This document shows, one piece after another, positions 58,401 through 64,000 of a stretch of DNA of 64,000 nucleotides (position 1 is its first letter; the number at the start of each line of letters is the position of its first letter). The stretch comes from Octopus vulgaris (lineage: Eukaryota). The stretch is taken from contig OX597819.1 of the NCBI GenBank assembly GCA_951406725.2, positions 92,876,001 through 92,940,000 of the forward strand, written 5' to 3'. The notes under the pieces were generated by a model, which worked only from the letters and a program-made list of their open reading frames with translations, made no database searches and was not told where the DNA came from. The position numbers and the translations under genes were made by a program.

Positions 58401-59913
58401 TGATTCACTGTAATCCACCAATCTTAATTTCTTCTTTCTTTCCCATCTAGTATCGAAAGCAAACGCCAAAACATGCTGACCCCCTTCTACAATTAGTCCA
58501 TAAGACAACTTGATATCGATACTTTATATAAAAATTAGAAGACTGTAAATCCTGGTTTAAAAACGCACCAAAAAATATATTTTTCTCAATATTTTGTTTG
58601 TATCAGGAAGTTGCTTTGTTATATGTGTAGCTTTCCGCCATCCCGGATCAAGCAGACGAATGTTACATAGAAAATCGATGAATACACTACGTTTCGTCTA
58701 AGGTGCAGTTCTCTATGTTGCTCAGCTTGTTACTGCATAAATACAGGTTAAAGAAATGGCCACTGATGTACCATGAAAAGTACATTCAATAAGAGAGTGA
58801 CAGTTGTTCCTACTCTCTGTCATCGGTGGTGGTCTACATTCTATTTCTACGGAGCTATTGATTGTACTCTTATCTTTTTATGTACTTGAAATATCTTCTT
58901 AAATTGAAAAGGTTTCTTTTCTATGATGCTACTATAATACCATTTTAGAATGACTAGGTTTCTGGTTGCATAATTAAGGGTGAAAATAGAGCAGTCATCC
59001 TCTATATTTATGTCCAAACTGCTAAAATTTAGAATTTTTTTTTCAAAATAGCTTCCTTTTGTCTTAAATTTTTAAAAAATACATGGGTAAATTCAGTCGC
59101 CTAATTCACTAATGCCATTTATACTCTTCATAAAGGCCTTGCTACACTAGATTTGTTTAGCTCCACATTTGTATATTCATTCATTTAATGTTTTTTTATG
59201 GTTGCTCGTAAAAAGATTCGAGCCAAATCGAGAGAAACCTACTATAACGATTTCTATTAATTTATACTCTTAGCTACTATGCTGGGACACTGCCTTGAAA
59301 GGTTTGGTCGACTAAATAGACCCCAGTACTTATCATATCAGTCTCAATGTTGCCGAACAACTAAATGACGAGAATGTAAACAAACCAGTCCCCGATGTCA
59401 AACTCTGTTGGAGTGACAAACATACAGACTTGCGCGCACACGCACACACATTTATGCATACATATATATACATACACACATATATACACACATACACATA
59501 TACATACAGAAATACATACATACACGCACATAAACATATACATACAGAAATAAATTCATACACATACATACATGCACATATACACACGTACATAGACACA
59601 TATAGAAATACATACATACATACATACATACATACATACATACTTACGTATGCCCGTACATTCATACATACGGCAAGCTTGCATAGAGTTTCCTTCTATC
59701 AAACTCACTCATAAGGCATTACTGGATGTAATTACTAGCTCTTAAAGTCGATTAGCAAGCCTCTTTTTTGGATACTATTAACCTTGTGTTACTTTTTGCA
59801 AGTCCTTTATCCCTTGGAGACTGAAATATCATTGCTAAATTCAGTTTCACTGATGACTGAAATCTATATTTTCCACGTTATATTTTCCTACTATTTAACA
59901 GTTGCAGTAAATA

Positions 59914-60425
59914 CCTATATATATAAAACTGTAGTTGTGTGAGTGTCTGTCCCCTTCGATTTAGATTCCTAACTACTCCCACATTTTGCGATGCAGTTTA
60001 ACCAAATTCGGGTATCTTATAGTCGTGATTCATATCGAGCCCGTCTGAGTATTAGCGCGCGTCTACGATGAGTGTACGATTTTAAAAATAATTTAACATA
60101 ATTTTTTATTCCATTTTAATGCATAATTTTTCGTGTGTCGATGGCGGCGGAGTTGACGTCCATAGTCACATCTGCACCTGTTTGCTTCTCCCCTTCTTCC
60201 CTCCCTCGTGAAGCTGTGGGGAAGGGAGTGTAAGGAAATCAACGTCGTAAAGCGTTGTCAAGGAGGCCAGCGTTCTTTTAGAACAACGACTTCATGGCTT
60301 GAAGACACCAAAAAAGAAATGGCTAAGAAAACCCGAATTGGCATCTATAAGGGAAGTAACTCTCTAAAAATGCTTATATAGTTATTTCCCTTACAAACCC
60401 GAGCAACGCCGGGCGATACTGCTAG
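59914..60425 (+). mobile_element. Non-autonomous Helitron
   Basis: 5' (C)CTATATATATAAAA; 3' hairpin CCCGAGCAACGCCGGG then CTAG; inserted between A and T; no TSD. Confidence 0.8.
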
Positions 60426-61086
60426 TTTATATATAAATTTGTTTCATAAATCATTTTCCTCGTTCATTTCTGCAACCCATACAATTAGATCCTTCGTTGT
60501 ACATTCTACTATTCCAAAATATGCTGAGAAATAAAATATATAAAAGAAGAAAAATTACAAGAATAAACTTTTTTCAATTATGTAAGTCATACGAAATAGT
60601 TCCGGTTATATTTTTGTTCTTTACAATACACTAAAACTGCACCTGTTTACCATCACAAGTGTTTAAATAACTATGAGTTTTTCTTCATTCATCCCCACTG
60701 CTTTAGTATGTAGCCGGTGTTTAACGAATGCAAAGTGCAATCGTCTGCTTATCTCGTTCCGAGCTAAATAAACATACACTTCAACTACCCTTGACCAGTT
60801 TGCAAATTACGAATTCCTGCATAGTAATGAGAGAGAACGAATGATGTAAGGAGAAAACAGAGACCGACGTAATGATCAAGTGTTTCGTGAAAGTGAAAGC
60901 AAAAACATATTCGAAAACAATCTTGTATGCTACTAGGATTTAAAATAACTTTCAGGTACAAGAAAATATTTTATTCTGATTTAGAAGCACCACATGAGAG
61001 TTACAGTATATTTTGCAGATGAAACAAAATAACAGTATCTTTTAATTGCTTTGTTAATTTTAAATTTATATACGACTCTTACTTCC

Positions 61087-61213
61087 GAGATGGTAAATGT
61101 TTTTAATTTTCATTCCTTTCATGAATTTATCCCTTTTGTGTCCTAGCACAACGCTTTCCTATTTGGAAGCCTCTTATTGTATTTCTATATGAATAATATA
61201 TAGTCTAATGACT
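61087..61213 (+). repeat. ~128-bp direct repeat, second copy at 63002-63130
   Basis: GAGATGGTAAATGTTTTTAATTTTCATTCC...GTCTAATGACTA at both loci. Confidence 0.92.
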
Positions 61214-61440
61214 ATTAAATTCAAACTTTCATTCGGATGGGCACTGACAAACTTATTTTGAAATTCATATCAATGAAAAGCAAATTAAAATTAACAATCA
61301 GTACCGATCATTCAATCTAATCGAAATGCCGTACGAGGTGGGAAACAAAAAGTGAAAATAGAATGTTTAAGATATATTTAAACGCTAAATGCAGACCAAG
61401 TGGATTTCATTCTCATTACTTTATATTTGTGCATAGAGCA

Positions 61441-61526
<86 letters not shown>

Positions 61527-61617
61527 AATATCTATCTATCTATCTATGTATGTATGTGTCTATATATCTCAGTGTCTATCTATCCATCTCGCTCTCTCTC
61601 TTTCTCTCTCTCTCTCT

Positions 61618-61668
<51 letters not shown>

Positions 61669-63186
61669 TAAATAGATTCTCAAGTTATGCGAGTTATGAA
61701 TAAAAAGATGCTTTCTGTTGAAACAGCAATTAAAATTGTATTTAATACATATTTGGATGAAGTGAAAATTTATGGGTTTAGGCTAAACCGAAAACCCAAA
61801 TAAATACACAATTTATTCGTTAAGAAATAACTTTTCGGCTCAATATAAATTTCAGAACGCTGTGTGAGAATTTATAAATACTACTTTAATAAAAATAGCC
61901 TTGTTTTCTATTAAATATTTAGGAAGAAATTAATTTCAATATGAAGATAAATTATCTCCAGTGTCCACGATTGAGACCCCCAGCACTATCTTCTAAAACG
62001 AAAATAGATGAGAAGCAAGAAATGAACAGATGAATTTGAGGAAATCTGTTTGCGAGAGAGTGTAAAATGCAGAAATGAATAATTTTTTAAAGATGTGAAT
62101 AAAATAAAGGAAGTGTATACACATATTCGTAACCGTGCCCCTTCAGAAATAATGCGTTAGAACTTAGCAAAGAAATAGGAACATACACCATAATTACAGA
62201 GAAATTTATTGAAGTGAATGTAATCTAAATAAGATTAACGCATGTTATTAGTTACTATATAAGTAGGGTTGTAGGTTCAAATTCTGCCAAGGTTGATTTT
62301 GCCTTTCATCCTTTCGGGGTCGATAAAAAAAGTGACAGTGATGCACATGGGTCGATGTGATCAGCTTACACCCTCCCTTCAACTTGCTGGTTTTTGTGTC
62401 AAAATTTGAAACAGGTTCGGTTGTTGTTTTGCTGCTAAGCATTATGCCCGATCTGACACAGCGGATCTATAGTTGAAGGTAAGCATGGTCAAACATTTCT
62501 CAGAAGTGAGCCTCATGAGACAGAACTCGTTATCAGGCGACCGCACTAGTAAAGAAGAAAATTCTAACTGGGCCCCATCTGCAGGATCATGTGATGTTTA
62601 TCTTGATATGAGATCACCGTGTCGCGCACATGTGGTTGTGACGCATGTGCCTAGTGTACCCTTATCAGACGTGTGGTCATGATGGGTACACTGGGCTTCG
62701 TGTATTTTAACCCAGTGTCACTTTGATGGCATGCACTGTTCTCTCACTCAATAATAATAATGATGATAATAATAATAATAATAACAACAACAACAAATGC
62801 CCTGATGCAGTACTTGGCAGTGGCTCTCATGGATTCTGATCTTAACTGATTGAAAGTGTTATCACGTATATTGGATCTACATGTGGATCTAACAGTCTGT
62901 ATATCAGGATTATTAAAGCTGTCCCACTGAAGAAAATTGCCTTCGACAAATATATATTTTTTGCTGGAAATAGCTGGAAACCGTCGGTCTGGGATATAGT
63001 TGAGATGGTAAATGTTTTTAATTTTCATTCCTTTCATGAATTTATCCCTTTTTGTGTCCTAGCACAATGCTTCCTCATTTGGAAGCCTTTTATTGTATTT
63101 CTATATGAATAATATATAGTCTAATGACTAATTCGGTTTTTGTGCTAGGCCACTGGTAATAATAATTTATTATTGTTACCCTATTT

Positions 63187-63240
<54 letters not shown>

Positions 63241-63255
63241 GTATACTCGCACATA

Positions 63256-63350
<95 letters not shown>

Positions 63351-63353
63351 GTA

Positions 63354-64000
63354 TCAGGTCATAATGCAACGTCTCGCTGAATTTTGAATAAAGTAAACAA
63401 GCGATTTAATCATCGATGTAAATTCCCTGATTATCTGTGACATCCTTCCATCTATTTACAAGCTTTTTAATCCCATCAATGTAAAACTCTTTTGGTTTCA
63501 AAGCGAAAAACTCTAAAAAGGCAGTTTTGACCTCCTTGCGAAAGTTACGTACCCTAAATGATTCTGTAAACTTCGAAACAAATGGTAGTCTGAAGGAGCA
63601 AGCTCGGGAGAGTAAGGTGAATGAGGAATTTTTTCCCAACCAAGCTCTTCGATCTTCTGTGATGTGATCTTTGCAGTGTGGGGTCACACATTGTCCTCAT
63701 GAAACATTACTCGTTTTCGATTCACTAAAGCGGGTCTCCAAAGCTTGGTTCAAACGGTCTAATTGCTGACAGTAGACTTGAGCATTGATTGTTGCATTAG
63801 GTGGTAACAATTCAAAATGAATTACTCCTTTGGAATCCTACCAGATAGAGAGAAAAACCTTTTTCCCATGAAGTTCCCTTGTCGGTTGTGGTTGAGCTTT
63901 TCCCTTTTACCAAGCCACTGTTTACGACGTTTAACATTTCGATAGAGGATCCATTTTTCGTCACAAGTCACAAGTCTATCCAACAAGGGTGAAATGAGTT
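63354..64000 (-). mobile_element. mariner copy (family of 2183-3471), truncated by window end
   Basis: TA-TCAGGTCA terminus; FFALKPKEFYIDGIKKLVNRWKDV; colinear with 2183-2870. Confidence 0.93.

Overview
AT-rich, microsatellite-dense eukaryotic DNA with no recognisable host protein-coding gene. It is almost entirely transposon debris, and the SINE/microsatellite landscape suggests an octopus or other coleoid cephalopod (inference). The centrepiece is a young ~6.6 kb Penelope-like retroelement (PLE) composite at 16177-22817, with RT plus a C-terminal GIY-YIG endonuclease and a Neptune-type Cys linker, inserted in a (TA)n tract. It consists of a near full-length + strand copy preceded head-to-head by an inverted, 5'-truncated 2 kb copy. 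Unusually, it has a separate 431-aa coiled-coil/basic ORF1 that overlaps the pol frame, with an in-register U-UUU-UUA slippery heptamer (a candidate gag-pol-like -1 frameshift). Minimal hammerhead ribozyme folds occur in three unrelated (TA)n-flanked elements. One has a canonical core inside a 152-bp-arm palindrome (25171-25250). Two show the compensatory U3-A8 core variant (52461-52498, and the PLE terminal repeat). The rest comprises mariner relics, R4/Dong-, CR1-group- and RTE-type LINE fragments, non-autonomous Helitrons, a hAT MITE, tRNA-derived SINE clusters, local duplications and long microsatellites. Coordinates were counted by eye, so ends of decayed elements are approximate.
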